A DNA stretch of 63,408 bases, counting the filler, from Octopus bimaculoides (lineage: Eukaryota), in the NCBI RefSeq assembly GCF_001194135.2. It is 7 parts of 6 records of this genome, joined end to end, with 100 filler letters (N's around TTAATTAATTAA, not from the genome) between each part and the next. Parts side by side here need not be neighbours in the genome. Positions count along the whole stretch, not along the records: positions 10,142 to 15,295 come from NC_069003.1; positions 15,396 to 20,114 come from NC_068989.1; positions 20,215 to 43,124 come from NC_069004.1; 4 more parts are not named here. The stretch is one strand, 5' to 3'. Under the pieces are notes generated by a model. That model worked only from the letters and a program-made list of their open reading frames with translations. It was not told the origin of the DNA and ran no database searches. How positions within the stretch are numbered: position 1 is the first letter of the stretch; the number at the start of each line of letters is the position of its first letter. A program made the translations under genes and the position numbers. Shown here piece after piece: positions 13,100-25,810 of the stretch.

Positions 13100-13265
13100 A
13101 ACAGATAAGAAGCTTGCTTCCCAATAACATGGCACAGGGTTCAGTCCCACTGTGTGGCATCTTGGGCAAGTGTCTTCTGTTACACTTCCACCATAGCTTC
13201 AATCAAATTAGAGTCTTGTGAGTGGATCTGGTAGATGGAAACTGAAAGAAGCCCATTATGAGTGG
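13100..13265 (+). mobile_element. SINE family A head, CpG-decayed
   Basis: AAGAAGCTTGCTTCCC..GGGTTCAGTCCCACTG..TTGGGCAAGTGTCTTC..GGAAACTGAAAGAAGCCC. Confidence 0.8.
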
Positions 13266-13482
13266 GTGTATGTGCAATTTGGTGTCCCCTAGTCTCAACA
13301 CCATGTGATTATTGTGTCCCCATTATACTGATGGTGTCCTTCATGACCAACTTTCTGTGAAAACAAGTCCAGCCATGAGGAAAAGGGTGACTGGAAGGAC
13401 ATCTGGACATAGAAAATCTGCCTCAACAAATTACACCTGACTGATGCAAGCATGGGGAAGTGGATGTTAAGACAATGGGAAG

Positions 13483-14130
13483 GCAATATGGCTTAGCAGT
13501 TAAGGTATTCAGCTCACAATCATAAGGTTATGAGTTTGATTCCTGGCAGCACATTGTGTCCTTGAGCAAGACACTTTACTTCAAGTTGGCAAAAGGAGTA
13601 GGACCTGCATTTTAAAGGAGCTAGCCTTGTTGCACTCTGTTCCATGCTGAATCTCCCTGAGATCTATGTGAAGGGTATGCGTGTCTGTGGAGTGCTCAGC
13701 CACTTTCATGAGCAGGCTGTTCCGTTCATCGGTTCAACTGGAACCCTTGTCATCATAATCAACAACAAACCAGGTAATTATTTGTCCATTTATTTATTTA
13801 TTGTGAAGGTGTATGGCTTAGCAGTTAGGGTATTCGGCTCACAATCGTAAGGTCGTGAGTTCAATTCCCAGTACTGCATCGTGTCCTTCAGCAAGAGCTT
13901 TAATTTCACATCGCCCCAGTTCACTCATCTGGCAAATATGAGTAGTACCTGTTTTTCAAAGGGCCAGCCTTGTCACATTCTGTGTCAGGTTGAATCTCTC
14001 TAAAAACTACTTTAAGGGTACACATGTCTATGGAATACTCAGCCACTTGCATGTTAATTTCACGAACTGGCAGTTCTTTTGGCTGGATCAACTGGAACAT
14101 TCATTGTCATAACCAATGGAATGCCAGTTT
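13483..14130 (+). mobile_element. Tandem pair of family C SINEs (13483-13775, 13804-14130)
   Basis: Two successive TGGCTTAGCAGTTA(A/G)GGTATTC heads, each with an AGCCTTGT..CTCAGCCACTT..CAACTGGAAC tail. Confidence 0.8.
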
Positions 14131-14905
14131 TTCTAAATGACGATGAAGGTATACATAAACACATGTGTACATACTTATACACACATAAATATAAACAGGT
14201 TCAATACTATATACGTCAGACACAGATGGCTGGATAGGTGGATGGCTGGATAAACAGATAGACTGAGAGAAAGAGACAAACAAAAAGACAGTCAGACACA
14301 ATGAAAGACGTACATACAACAGACAGGCAGGCAAGCAGACACACAGCCATCAGATTATGAAACACTTCAGCTATCTATTATTTTCTTACGTTTTTATTTA
14401 TTTTCAACATCATGCAATGTTTTCACACACACACACACACACACACACAGGCATACATTCTCGACAACACATCACATACAAAATCCTCACAAGCATACAC
14501 ACACACACACACACACACACACGTTCTGCCCCTTCCCTCCAACCTCCATTTATTCACACAGTTCAAGACAACATCTCTATCTAACCTATCACAATTATGA
14601 TTGCTGTGAAACATCTGCACAATAAGCCATAGCTGTTGTGCATCTGAGCAAATTTCATTAACGTAACAGATTTTCTTGTTGCATTTGTTGTATTGTTGTT
14701 GTTGTAGTGGTGGTGGTGGTGGTGGTGGTGGTGATGTCGATGGTAGTGGTGTCTTATTTTTTTCCTTTTTTAACCATTTCTTACAGTTCTATGTTTCTCT
14801 TGGAATACGGAACAAAAGACTGAGTGCCTTTCAGCCATGTCAAGTTGTTTCATTGCTGTGGTCGGTTGGAAATATAGCAAGCAAGAAAGAAAGAAAGACA
14901 GAGGG

Positions 14906-14940
<35 letters not shown>

Positions 14941-15396
14941 CAGATAAAGAGAGAGAGACAGAGAGAGAGAAAGAGAGAGAATAGAGTGAGTTGCTGATGT
15001 CTGAATGTTTGAGTGTGAGAGTTTCAGATATGGAGGAAAATAAAAATAGAAAGAGTATGAAATATAGAAACTTATATATATGTATATATATATATGTATA
15101 TATATATATATGTGTATATATNNNNNNNNNNCACACACACACACACACACACACACGTTCTGCCCCTTCCCTCCAACCTCCATTTATTCACACAGTTCAA
15201 GACAACATCTCTATCTAACCTATCACAATTATGATTGCTGTGAAACATCTGCACAATAAGCCATAGCTGTTGTGCATCTGAGCAAATTTCATTAANNNNN
15301 NNNNNNNNNNNNNNNNNNNNNNNNNNNNNNNNNNNNNNNTTAATTAATTAANNNNNNNNNNNNNNNNNNNNNNNNNNNNNNNNNNNNNNNNNNNNA

Positions 15397-15427
<31 letters not shown>

Positions 15428-15879
15428 TCTTTTATTCTTTTACTTGTTTCAGTCATTTTGACGTCGATGAAATCGACTTGTCCTCTCCTCTCAAAATTGC
15501 TTGTCTTGAATCCTGCAACGAATTGATGTCCTGTTCAAAGGGAATGTTGTGATCTCGGTCACTTATGTACACCATGGAAACAGAATCGCTGACCCTATGA
15601 ATCCTAGGTGTGGGTCAAGGAAAATAATACTGAAAAAACAAAAACAAAAAGCAAACAACAAAAACAAAATCAAAACAAACAAAAAAGTCCATAACTTATC
15701 AGTTAAAAAATAGAAAGAAAAGAAAAATAAACGAGTTTGTTGTAATTTGTTACAGGAAGTCCTCTCAGAAAAGGTCCCTTCTCTCGTTCGTTCGTTGGTC
15801 CTGTTTGTTATGTAGATGCAGAAATAATTGATTCTCTAATATTGCCTACGAGTAGTCGGAATTTAATCCTTCAGATACT

Positions 15880-16214
15880 GAGACCCCCTTCGGTCATGAC
15901 TGACCATGGGATTGCACCTAGAAAGTTACCCTCCCAGGTACAAGTCCGGGCAAGGTTGTTCATGGAAGACCAGCAGTCACCCATGCATACCGGCCTCCCC
16001 TCTTCATGTCACTGATGTTATCCAAAGGAAAGGCAAAGGGGCCGATACAGCTTGGCACCAGTGACGTCGCAACTCATTTCTACAGCTGAGTGAACTGGAG
16101 CAATGTGAAATAAAGTGTCTTGCTCAAGAACACAACACGCAGCCCAGTCCGGGATTCGAACTCACAACCTCACGATCGTAAGCTCGACGCTCTAACCACT
16201 GAGCCATGCGCCTT
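15880..16214 (-). mobile_element. Full-length tRNA-derived SINE (family D), young
   Basis: Minus-strand head GGCGCATGGCTCAGTGGTTAGAGCG (A box)..GAGTTCGAATCCC (B box); homologous to 62717-62935. Confidence 0.85.
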
Positions 16215-16297
16215 CACTCCTTCTGATAACCCCAATTAATTTATTCCTTTTCTCTGCCATCAACTCTTGCGCTGTAGCCGACTCAGAAGAATATCTG

Positions 16298-16745
16298 CAA
16301 GGGTGAGCTGAAAAGTTTATAAACCGACCAAGATACTCTCACGGAGTGTGACCACGTGACCAAATGAGGTTTATTTTAAAACATAGTTCCCCTCGCAGTT
16401 CACACATATCTTTCATCGGTGTTGAAGGGCTTAGACCCGATTGGCGAAGTAGTTTCCATCCTGTTAGTCAAAGAAGCCATCAACAGCAAATATGGCGTCA
16501 TCATCACTGCGATACTGATTCCCAACCGCGTGTGTTTTTTCCTGTTGGGGAACAAATGATAGTCAGATGGGGCCAAACCAGGATATTAGGAAGAATGATC
16601 AATTAGTTCAAAATCACAGTCATGCACAGCAGCCATTGAAATCGACGACTTGTGCGTTGGAGAATTGTCCTAATGAAACAAGACCCCTTTCATCAGTTTT
16701 CCTGGGCGTTTGGTCTTCATAGGCTTTCGTACCCGCGTTCGTTTT
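16298..16745 (-). pseudogene. Mariner transposase C-terminal relic (DD34D)
   Basis: KRPGKLMKGVLFH*DNSPTHKS...LIDHSS*YPGLAPSDYHLFP...ALQHR*KICVNCEGNYVLK*; 34 residues between DN and SD; TIR-like GCAAGGGTGAGCTGAAAAGTT near 16297. Confidence 0.85.
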
Positions 16746-17454
16746 CAGTGAAGAGTTGAATAGCTGAGATTCCCTTCTTCTTGTACACATCATATATCTA
16801 CTCGACTTCTGTTTAGCATTTCCGTAACTCTCCAAGACTATAAATTGGAAAGTAAGCATGCATACTTAATATATTTTTCATATTTTCCTATAAGCTATCA
16901 ACTGTAAAATATAAAGAATATATGAAAAAATATAAAATTAAAAGGATAAAACTTGAACAATAGGTGTTGGCGTGGTTTTGTGGTAAGAAGTCTGTTTCAT
17001 GGAATCATGGGAAGCAGTGGTTTGTAATTTTTAAATAGACGAACTTTCATTATTAATTCTTGTTTGGTTTGGTGTTAGAAAAGAGATATGAATAAGTGAT
17101 ATAATAATTGTTTACATAAAAGTGTTATAGATAATTATTGTTTATTGTTCTGTCGAATAATAATGTTATCAGTTACTACCAGTTCACTCCATTCCAGTTG
17201 AACTTGTTAAACGATATCCCTTCTTTGTTTACCAGGGGTAAGTAAGATAACGAAGTGTAGAGTAAATAAGACAGACGATAGCTGCTACATGAATTTGGTT
17301 TTCTTAAGAATGAACCCAAGTAGATATTCTACAATAATTAATTCATAGGAAAAGGAAGAGAATCATGTTTTACTGATGTTTTTTTTATAGCTTGTTCAGC
17401 CGTGGCTCGTATTTTTTAATAAATAAACTTTCATTATTAAGTCTAGCTTTTTCG

Positions 17455-17670
17455 AAGGCGGCGAGCTGGCTGAATCGTTAGCAAAGCCGGACAAAATGCA
17501 TAGCTCATTTCGTCCGTCTGAACGTTTTGAGTTCAAATTCCACCGGGGTCGACTTTACTTTTTGTCCTTTCGAGGTTGATGAATTAAGTACCAGTCAAAC
17601 ATTGGGGTCGATCTAATCGACTAGTCTCCTCCCGCTAAATTTCAGGCCTTGTGCCTTTAGTAGAAAGAGT
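17455..17670 (+). mobile_element. SINE family B, full length
   Basis: AAGGCGGCGAGCTGGCTGAATCGTTAGC (A box)..GAGTTCAAATTCC (B box)..GGCCTTGTGCC tail. Confidence 0.85.
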
Positions 17671-17776
17671 TATTCTTGTCTGGTCAGTGGGATTGCATAC
17701 GGGAGGACGAGAGATTTGTATGTGTGTCTATATTTCATCTTTTACTTGTTTCCGTCATTGTGTGTGTATGTGCGTG

Positions 17777-17825
<49 letters not shown>

Positions 17826-17835
<10 letters not shown>

Positions 17836-18198
17836 TTTTACTTGTTTCAGTCATTTAGACTGCAGCCAAGCAGGGGGCAGCAACTTGAAGGATATTTTAG
17901 TCGAATGAATTGACCCTTGTATTTTTTTTAAAGTCTGGCACCTATTCTATCGTTATCTTTTGCCGAACCGCTAGCTTACGGGGGCGTAAACACACCAACA
18001 TCGGTTGTCAAGCAGTGGTAGGACGCTCACACGCACACCCATGCGATGAGCTTCTTTCAGTTTCCGTTTACCAAATCCAATCTTAAAGCTTTGGTCGACT
18101 CGAGGCTATTGTAGAAGACATTTACTCGAGGTGTTACGCAGGGAGACAGAACCCGGAACCACGTGGTTGGGAAGCAAGTTTCTTATCACACTGCCATG
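17826..18198 (-). mobile_element. Full-length composite SINE (family A head + GACTGAAACAAGTAAAAG tail)
   Basis: Head at ~18050-18198, body/tail at 17826-18040; similar layout at ~60400-60670; tail alone at 44315-44535. Confidence 0.75.
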
Positions 18199-18254
18199 CC
18201 TTAGCCTATCTATTTTATGTATGTAGGCATATATGTATGTGTGTGTATGTGTGT

Positions 18255-18304
<50 letters not shown>

Positions 18305-18306
<2 letters not shown>

Positions 18307-18462
18307 TCACGACGGGTTTCCTTCACTTTCCGTGTACTAGATTCACTCATATGGTTTTAGTCGGACAGAGGTTATAGTAGAAGACACTTGCTCAAGGTGC
18401 CAGCAGTGGGACTGAACCAGGAACCATGTGGTTGAGGAGCAAACTTCTTACCACAGTCACGC
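18305..18462 (-). mobile_element. SINE family A head
   Basis: Reverse complement of the 13100-13265 type sequence. Confidence 0.8.
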
Positions 18463-19019
18463 TTGTTTCCCGTCCATTTTTTATGAACCTCAGCTTGAAC
18501 TACCATCGCATCTGCTTAGATTATGAGTAACTTAACATTCACAGAACAGAAAATTACCAGTATTTTTTCAAGGTAATTTTCCAAAATATTGTGTATTCCT
18601 ATAAATATAAAAAGCTAAGGTAAAGTCATCTGTGGTTACTAGGTTCAAATATGTTTTTTTGTTCGAGATATATCAAGGTTTTTGTGGAAAAAAAATCGAG
18701 TTTCACTTTCTGTCCTTCCTTGTCACGAAACACTTTCAATTCAAATTTGAATTTATGAGTAATATTTATCATTCTCGGCGTCTAAACCTATTTAATGCCG
18801 TTTATTCGAGGGTGGCTTTTAGTTTATGATTATGCATACGTATACACACACACACATACCCCGACCACAGAAGGAGGGAGGGGGAGAGAGGGCTGATGAG
18901 TGATGGGTGGAGTAGTGTATGCACTGAGTCGTAGCTGTGGGCTGTGGAGGGTGTCAAGTGGGGTGGGAAATGTTCAGATATCTGTTGCTGTACACATAAA
19001 TACTACTAATAATGATAAT

Positions 19020-19415
19020 CGTTTCTACTATAGGCACAAGGCCTGAAATTTTGGGGGAGGGGACTAGTCGATTAGATCGACCCCAGTGCTCCACTGGTAC
19101 TCATTTTATCGACCTCGAAAGGATGAAAGGCAAAGTCGGCCTTGGCGGAATTTGAACTCAGAACGTAGCGGCAGACGAAATTCTGCTAAGCGTGCTAACG
19201 ATTCTTTTCTACTCTAGGCACAAGGCTCGAAATGTTGGGGAAGGGGGTCAGTCGATTATATCGACCCCAGTACGCAACTGGTACTTAATTTGTCGACCCT
19301 GAAAGGATGAAAGGCAAAGTCGACTTCGGCGGAATTTGAACTCAGAACATAAAAACAGACGAAATACCGCTAAGCATTTCGCCCGGCGTGACATCGATTC
19401 TGTCAGTTTGTCGCC

Positions 19416-19417
<2 letters not shown>
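19020..19417 (-). mobile_element. Tandem dimer of family B SINEs
   Basis: Two consecutive GGCACAAGG..ATCGACCCCAGT..GAAAGGATGAAAGGCAAAGTCG..GGAATTTGAACTCAGAAC units. Confidence 0.85.
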
Positions 19418-19479
<62 letters not shown>

Positions 19480-19482
<3 letters not shown>

Positions 19483-20114
19483 CCATTTCATTTATTTGCA
19501 ACATAGGTGAAAAATTTAAGGGGACGCTACAGAGACAGACATAAAGTGTAGGGGCTTACATATAATGAAATGATAAAAAAAGGGTAAATATGCTCAGTAT
19601 GCAATGGACAGGAAGGGACATATACATAGTAAGCAAAGGTTAAAAAAAAAGATGGTGGGAGGATGGTAGAGATGTAGCCCTCCTGATAAAGGATGACCTT
19701 TAGGGATAACCGAGGAACCCCAGTGACTGAGATTTCTCTGAACACCAAGTGCAAGTGCCCTCTCCAATTCCTTCTCTCCGACTCACAGGTCTACATTTAG
19801 AGAGGTACCATCCACTCTTGCCATTTTCGCAACTTTCACCCACCGTTCAATAAACTCTCTCCGAGGACAGCACTTTCCTCTCCACACTCAATTTCCTTTT
19901 CAAGTGAAACTTGAAGAAGTCAATGAGAGCTCTACCAAGGAGGAATGTATCTGAACTCATGCCTTTCAGCCTTGTCCATCAAACAACCTCTTTCGCCACA
20001 GCCACTAGGCAAAGGAAAACTGCTTTGCCTGCCCGATTGAAGGAGAGTGGTGGGACAATCATCACTGCAGACTCGGTCAATAGACGGATCTGTCCCACAC
20101 ACGTAACAGCAACT
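19480..20114 (-). mobile_element. L1/Tx1-like LINE 3' end
   Basis: Minus: AVFLCLVAVAKEVV*WTRLKG...LIDFFKFHLKRKLSVER..(frameshift)ERWVKVAKMARV, then a purine/pyrimidine-biased UTR ending at a (TAA)n array; clade assignment from recalled Tx1 C-termini. Confidence 0.55.
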
Positions 20115-20790
20115 NNNNNNNNNNNNNNNNNNNNNNNNNNNNNNNNNNNNNNNNNNNNTTAATTAATTAANNNNNNNNNNNNNNNNNNNNNNNNNNNNNN
20201 NNNNNNNNNNNNNNATATATATATATATAAGAACTTTTACTTGATGCTACTTGAATGGAACAGTAACCTATATATGTATATAAGTGTGTATGTGTCTATG
20301 TATGTACGTATAAGCGTATGCATGTATACTCCCATAAAAACAAGATGCAAGATAACTTGATTCAATCCTCCTTATAATCAACGTGTTTATGAATCTATCA
20401 TCAAATTTTCTTAATAATTTACAAAGACATTTCTTCCTGCATCATATCTACATCAAAAGTTTTAGAAGAATATCTGTAAAAATGCCGCAATTTGCTATTC
20501 CCAACTTCGTACAATTGTTATCCGACTTGTGACCGAGAGGGCTCAGCCGGGTTCGATCAGTTCCCAGCTTTTATCTTAGCAAAAGTCAACCACAAGTCTT
20601 CCCTTTTCTCTTTCAAAGTCAACTAGTAACCTTCCCTGTGGCAGGGAACCTGTTTGCTTGAAAGAGGAGTCAAAACCACTCCAAAGCCACGTATCTGTCG
20701 CTATATGTAAGCAACTACGGAGAACATAGCAAATATAATTCTCCGAAGCAGTCCTCCCCACTTGTAAGATACAAATAAGATCATACACAT

Positions 20791-20851
20791 TCTGGTATCT
20801 ATTGATTTCGCTTTCTTTGTTGCACCACCACTTAAAAGCTCGTCAGTCAGA
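20791..20851 (-). ncRNA. Minimal type I hammerhead ribozyme
   Basis: TCTGA-CTGACGA-GCTTT..AAAGC-GAAA-TCAATAGAT-A-CCAGA: intact core, 5-bp helix II, ATC/GAT helix III, AUA triplet, helix I 4/5 paired. Confidence 0.7.
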
Positions 20852-21721
20852 CTCACTGCATAAACTATTTCAAAAAACATATTTACCTTTCCGTGCGCCT
20901 TGTTAAATTTAAGGCCCCCACGACTTTCAAACGAACGTCTGGGAGCAAGTATAAATTTATAAATTCAAATAAGTTATCATTATCTCTAAAANNNNNNNNN
21001 NNNNNNNNNNNNNNNNNNNNNNNNNNNNNNNNNNNNNNNNNNNNNNNNNNNNNNNNNNNNNNNNNNNNNNNNNNNNNNNNNNNNNNNNNNNNNNNNNNNN
21101 NNNNNNNNNNNNNNNNNNNNNNNNNNNNNNNNNNNNNNNNNNNNNNNNNNNNNNNNNNNNNNNNNNNNNNNNNNNNNNNNNNNNNNNNNNNNNNNNNNNN
21201 NNNNNNNNNNNNNNNNNNNNNNNNNNNNNNNNNNNNNNNNNNNNNNNNNNNNNNNNNNNNNNNNNNNNNNNNNNNNNNNNNNNNNNNNNNNNNNNNNNNN
21301 NNNNNNNNNNNNNNNNNNNNNNNNNNNNNNNNNNNNNNNNNNNNNNNNNNNNNNNNNNNNNNNNNNNNNNNNNNNNNNNNNNNNNNNNNNNNNNNNNNNN
21401 NNNNNNNNNNNNNNNNNNNNNNNNNNNNNNNNNNNNNNNNNNNNNNNNNNNNNNNNNNNNNNNNNNNNNNNNNNNNNNNNNNNNNNNNNNNNNNNNNNNN
21501 NNNNNNGTGTGTGTGTGTTGGAGATTATTACGGTTAAATGAATAAGTTGCATGTAATCAATTAACTGTGCTTCTTAATTATTTAAAATGTCTGTCTGTGT
21601 GTCATTGTGTTGCGGAGTTGAGGAGGTAATTGTGAATGCGTGAGACAGGGATACGCAGCGAATGTCTGCGGATGCGGTTTGCCAAATACATAAGCATGTA
21701 AATATATGTGTGTGTGTTTGC

Positions 21722-21768
<47 letters not shown>

Positions 21769-21945
21769 CATATGTGCATATCTGTGTGTGTATATGTGTA
21801 CGTATACACTTCCATACGTGCGTATAGACAATTTGCACATATTGTGTTACTTTAGCGACAACGAATGTATAGGTAGCCAATATCTGTATAGGTACATAGA
21901 TATATACATACACACATACATACATATATACACAGGCAGACAGAC

Positions 21946-21946
<1 letters not shown>

Positions 21947-21990
<44 letters not shown>

Positions 21991-22001
21991 TAGATATAGA
22001 G

Positions 22002-22050
<49 letters not shown>
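21947..22050. repeat. (GATA)n-(CA)n compound microsatellite
   Basis: Direct reading; a similar (GATA)n array lies at ~31990-32070. Confidence 0.95.
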
Positions 22051-22065
<15 letters not shown>

Positions 22066-22520
22066 GCATGTATATTACATTTACATGAAGGAGCCTGGCC
22101 TAGTGGTTAGGATGTTGCATTAACAATCGATTGATGGTTTGATTCCCTGATCGCGTGGTACGTTGTGTTCTTGAGCAAAACACTCCATTTCACTTCATAT
22201 ATATATATACATACATATATAAACATACATACATATATAAACATACATACATATATAAACATACATACATATATACATTCACTAGCCCTATGACTTTCAT
22301 CCTCCCTTACAACCACCACTCACACCACCATGGCCACCACATCAATAAATAAATACATGACGAAATAAATAATCTATTAAAGCTAGAATCTGCTTTAATA
22401 TTCGGACACCGCTTCAAACCTTTCAATCAGGTGTATATAAATATTTTAATCTTAATTAGCGTTCTATTCTATACACCACCCGACATTTGAATGCTTATAT
22501 AGCTACAGAAACAACTATGG

Positions 22521-22553
<33 letters not shown>

Positions 22554-23279
22554 NNNNNNNNNNNNNNNNNNNNNNNNNNNNNNNNNNNNNNNNNNNNNNN
22601 NNNNNNNNNNNNNNNNNNNNNNNNNNNNNNNNNNNNNNNNNNNNNNNNNNNNNNNNNNNNNNNNNNNNNNNNNNNNNNNNNNNNNNNNNNNNNNNNNNNN
22701 NNNNNNNNNNNNNNNNNNNNNNNNNNNNNNNNNNNNNNNNNNNNNNNNNNNNNNNNNNNNNNNNNNNNNNNNNNNNNNNNNNNNNNNNNNNNNNNNNNNN
22801 NNNNNNNNNNNNNNNNNNNNNNNNNNNNNNNNNNNNNNNNNNNNNNNNNNNNNNNNNNNNNNNNNNNNNNNNNNNNNNNNNNNNNNNNNNNNNNNNNNNN
22901 NNNNNNNNNNNNNNNNNNNNNNNNNNNNNNNNNNNNNNNNNNNNNNNNNNNNNNNNNNNNNNNNNNNNNNNNNNNNNNNNNNNNNNNNNNNNNNNNNNNN
23001 NNNNNNNNNNNNNNNNNNNNNNNNNNNNNNNNNNNNNNNNNNNNNNNNNNNNNNNNNNNNNNNNNNAAACATATAACATTTCAGATATCTAAAATACACA
23101 TGTAAATAGAGAGAGACAAACACTGAAACTATTCACACGATGAGCGTTACACAAAGTAGAAAGACAGAACATTAAGAGGAGAAGGTACGGTATTTCAGGT
23201 CCGACAGCTGTTTCTGGGAGCTCAGAGTTACGTAGTAATATTGGCAGATGCAGTCTGCATAAAGTCAAGAATGCACAAC

Positions 23280-23412
23280 CTGTGTTAAATGCACAATTTC
23301 TTCACACTCACACATCTTGAAATTATGCCGAAAACTCTTTGGTCCACCCGAAAAGAGTTTTCGGCATAGTTTCAAGATGTGTGAGTGTGAAGAAATTGTG
23401 CATTTAACACAG
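23280..23412. repeat. Near-perfect inverted repeat, 61-bp arms, 11-nt loop
   Basis: 23280-23340 vs 23352-23412, a single T:G mismatch; loop GGTCCACCCGA. Confidence 0.95.
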
Positions 23413-24177
23413 ATATCGGTTCGGTTTAAAGATTTTGGTCATTCGGTAAAAATCTCTTCTCTCCATTTCTTTCTTTCTTATTTATTCATTTATTTATGTA
23501 TTTATTTAATTATTTATTTGTCATTCTTCTTTCTAATTTCAGTGTAATTATCTAAATTATCTAATTAGTTTGCTCTGATTCTTCTAAACAAAAGAGTTCA
23601 TTAACTAATGACAGCAGTAATCATTTATTCCTCGTCGTTCCCTCTGCACTAACACAGATCTTCTGCTGCAGGTTGTTCGCTACTTCAGTCTTCAGACATC
23701 TTGTTTGCAAATGTTTCTTAACTTTTCAGACATTTACACTACAACCGCCATGTTTTTTACGTTTCTAATTTTCTAAATTTTCATTTCTTTCTACGACTTT
23801 TTTTAATTGTTAATTATTCAATGAATAGTTTATAACTCTTATTTTATTTTTTATGGCATTTTTTAAAACTTAATTTGTTTGTGGTTTGAATTTTGTCCTT
23901 TTTTTCTGGTTAAATTTGAAAACAAAACGAATATTCCAGAAGCCATAAAGTATTCTTTATGCACACACAGATACATGCATACATACATACATATAAAGAT
24001 ATATATATNNNNNNNNNNNNNNNNNNNNNNNNNNNNNNNNNNNNNNNNNNNNNNNNNNNNNNNNNNNNNNNNNNNNNNNNNNNNNNNNNNNNNNNNNNNN
24101 NNNNNNNNNNNNNNNNNNNNNNNNNNNNNNNNNNNNNNNNNNNNNNNNNNNNNNNNNNNNNNNNNNNNNNNNNNNNN

Positions 24178-24228
<51 letters not shown>

Positions 24229-24439
24229 TATTCATATTCCCGTTTTTTTTTTCTGTTTCTAATCAGCAGAAAGCTACGAAAGTCACTCTCAGCAGCCGAC
24301 AGTTCCGTATGTGGCACTTATCAATCTGATTTGCCAATCTGATACGCGCCATACACGAAACTCTCAGTCCTTGAATCACTTTTGTAACGTTTGTTTCCTG
24401 TTTGTTCGACTAAAACTAAAACTACATACGCACAGTTGC

Positions 24440-24562
24440 AGGTGAGATTCTGTGGCAACAAGTTTGCTTCCCAAACCACATGGTTGCGGGTTCAGTCCTC
24501 ACTTTGGGAAAGTCTCTTCTGCTATAGTCTTCGGTCGACCAAAGCCTTGTGAATAGATTTGG
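24440..24562 (+). mobile_element. SINE family A head
   Basis: AAGTTTGCTTCCCAAACCACATGGTTGCGGGTTCAGTCC..GACCAAAGCCTTGTGA. Confidence 0.75.
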
Positions 24563-25489
24563 TAATCATTAGATAAATATCTTCGTGAGCCCATCCTCCA
24601 CCCTAACGTGTGAAGCACGTTTACCCATATAAGATGGAATAGGAATGAGCTGCTCATTTTCAATTGAGTCTGTGGAGTTTTTCCTCACTTAGAATCCAGA
24701 TCCAAATCTGACACCAATTCTGCTGAATTCTTTGCCTCGCCTGACGAAAAGTTTGCTGTTTCCACACCCGGAACAGTTTTCTTCTTGCGCTTTTCAACCT
24801 GTCAACTCTTAAGCTTCTCCACATCGATTAGTTTCATCAGTCATGTGACTGACTACACTCCATTCATTCGTTTTAATAAGATAGCAATCAAGTATTGAAC
24901 TCAATGATAACGACAACCCCCCTCCCCTCAAAATCGTTCACATGCCACTAAATTTGTAAAGATTGTAATCGTTGTTGCTTTCGTCTCACGAAACATCACT
25001 TTCAATCGTTCATAAATTTTTGGATGATAAAGTTCCAAGTCATCCACAGTGAAATTTGAACCCACATACGTACACACCGCATATGAATAAACTAAATGTA
25101 GAAATGTATTTAATACACAGCTCTGGTGATTATGTCAATCCAACGCCCTCGGTTAATGAATAAATAATCTAACAATATCCTTTTCTCTCATTCATTTTGT
25201 TTTATTCTTTATTCTTTAAACATAGTGTGACAACCATCATTTTCCAGACCTAATCATTCTAGAATGTTTATCATTATTCAAGTAGCTCATAATCATAATC
25301 TTCATTTCGTGATTTAAAAGAATTTTGTTTTTATATATTTTTTCTATTAATTAATTTATTTAAATTGTTTATTCATTTCTTTGTTGTTGTTGTTTTTTTG
25401 TTATGTTTGGTTTAGGGGAAGGGGGTGGGTTATTTCTGTCTTGTGCTTTTTTTTTCTTGAATTTCAATAAAAATATTGTTATTCTTGAT

Positions 25490-25810
25490 GCTGTTATTAC
25501 TATTATTTTCATGATCACCGTCACCATCATCATAATCATCAACAATAACATCATCATCATCATAATCATCATCATCATCAACATCATCATCATCATCATA
25601 ACCATCAACATTATCATCATCATCATCAACATCATTATCATCATCAACATTATCATCATCATCATCATCATCATCATTCTCATCATTACTATTATTATTG
25701 TTATTTTTACAATTATTATCATCATCTTCTTTCTCATTATTATTATCGTTATTATTATTATTATCGTTATTATTAATATTGTTGTTGTTGTTGTTGTTGT
25801 TGTTGAACTC
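25490..25810. repeat. Compound (CAT)/(ATT)/(GTT) microsatellite
   Basis: Source of the spurious poly-Ile/poly-Met ORFs; a similar (CAT) tract lies at ~28070-28500. Confidence 0.95.

Noticed and set aside
14500-15294. Identical ~165-bp segments at ~14500-14664 and ~15132-15294
   Set aside because: Identical, microsatellite-anchored and gap-adjacent; most likely redundant contig ends or haplotypes.
15880-16214. tRNA gene
   Set aside because: A/B boxes are present, but they continue into a SINE body with a paralogue; no full cloverleaf.
17173-17237. Possible exon ending at GG|GTAAGT
   Set aside because: Weak acceptor, short, peptide unrecognised, no partner exons.
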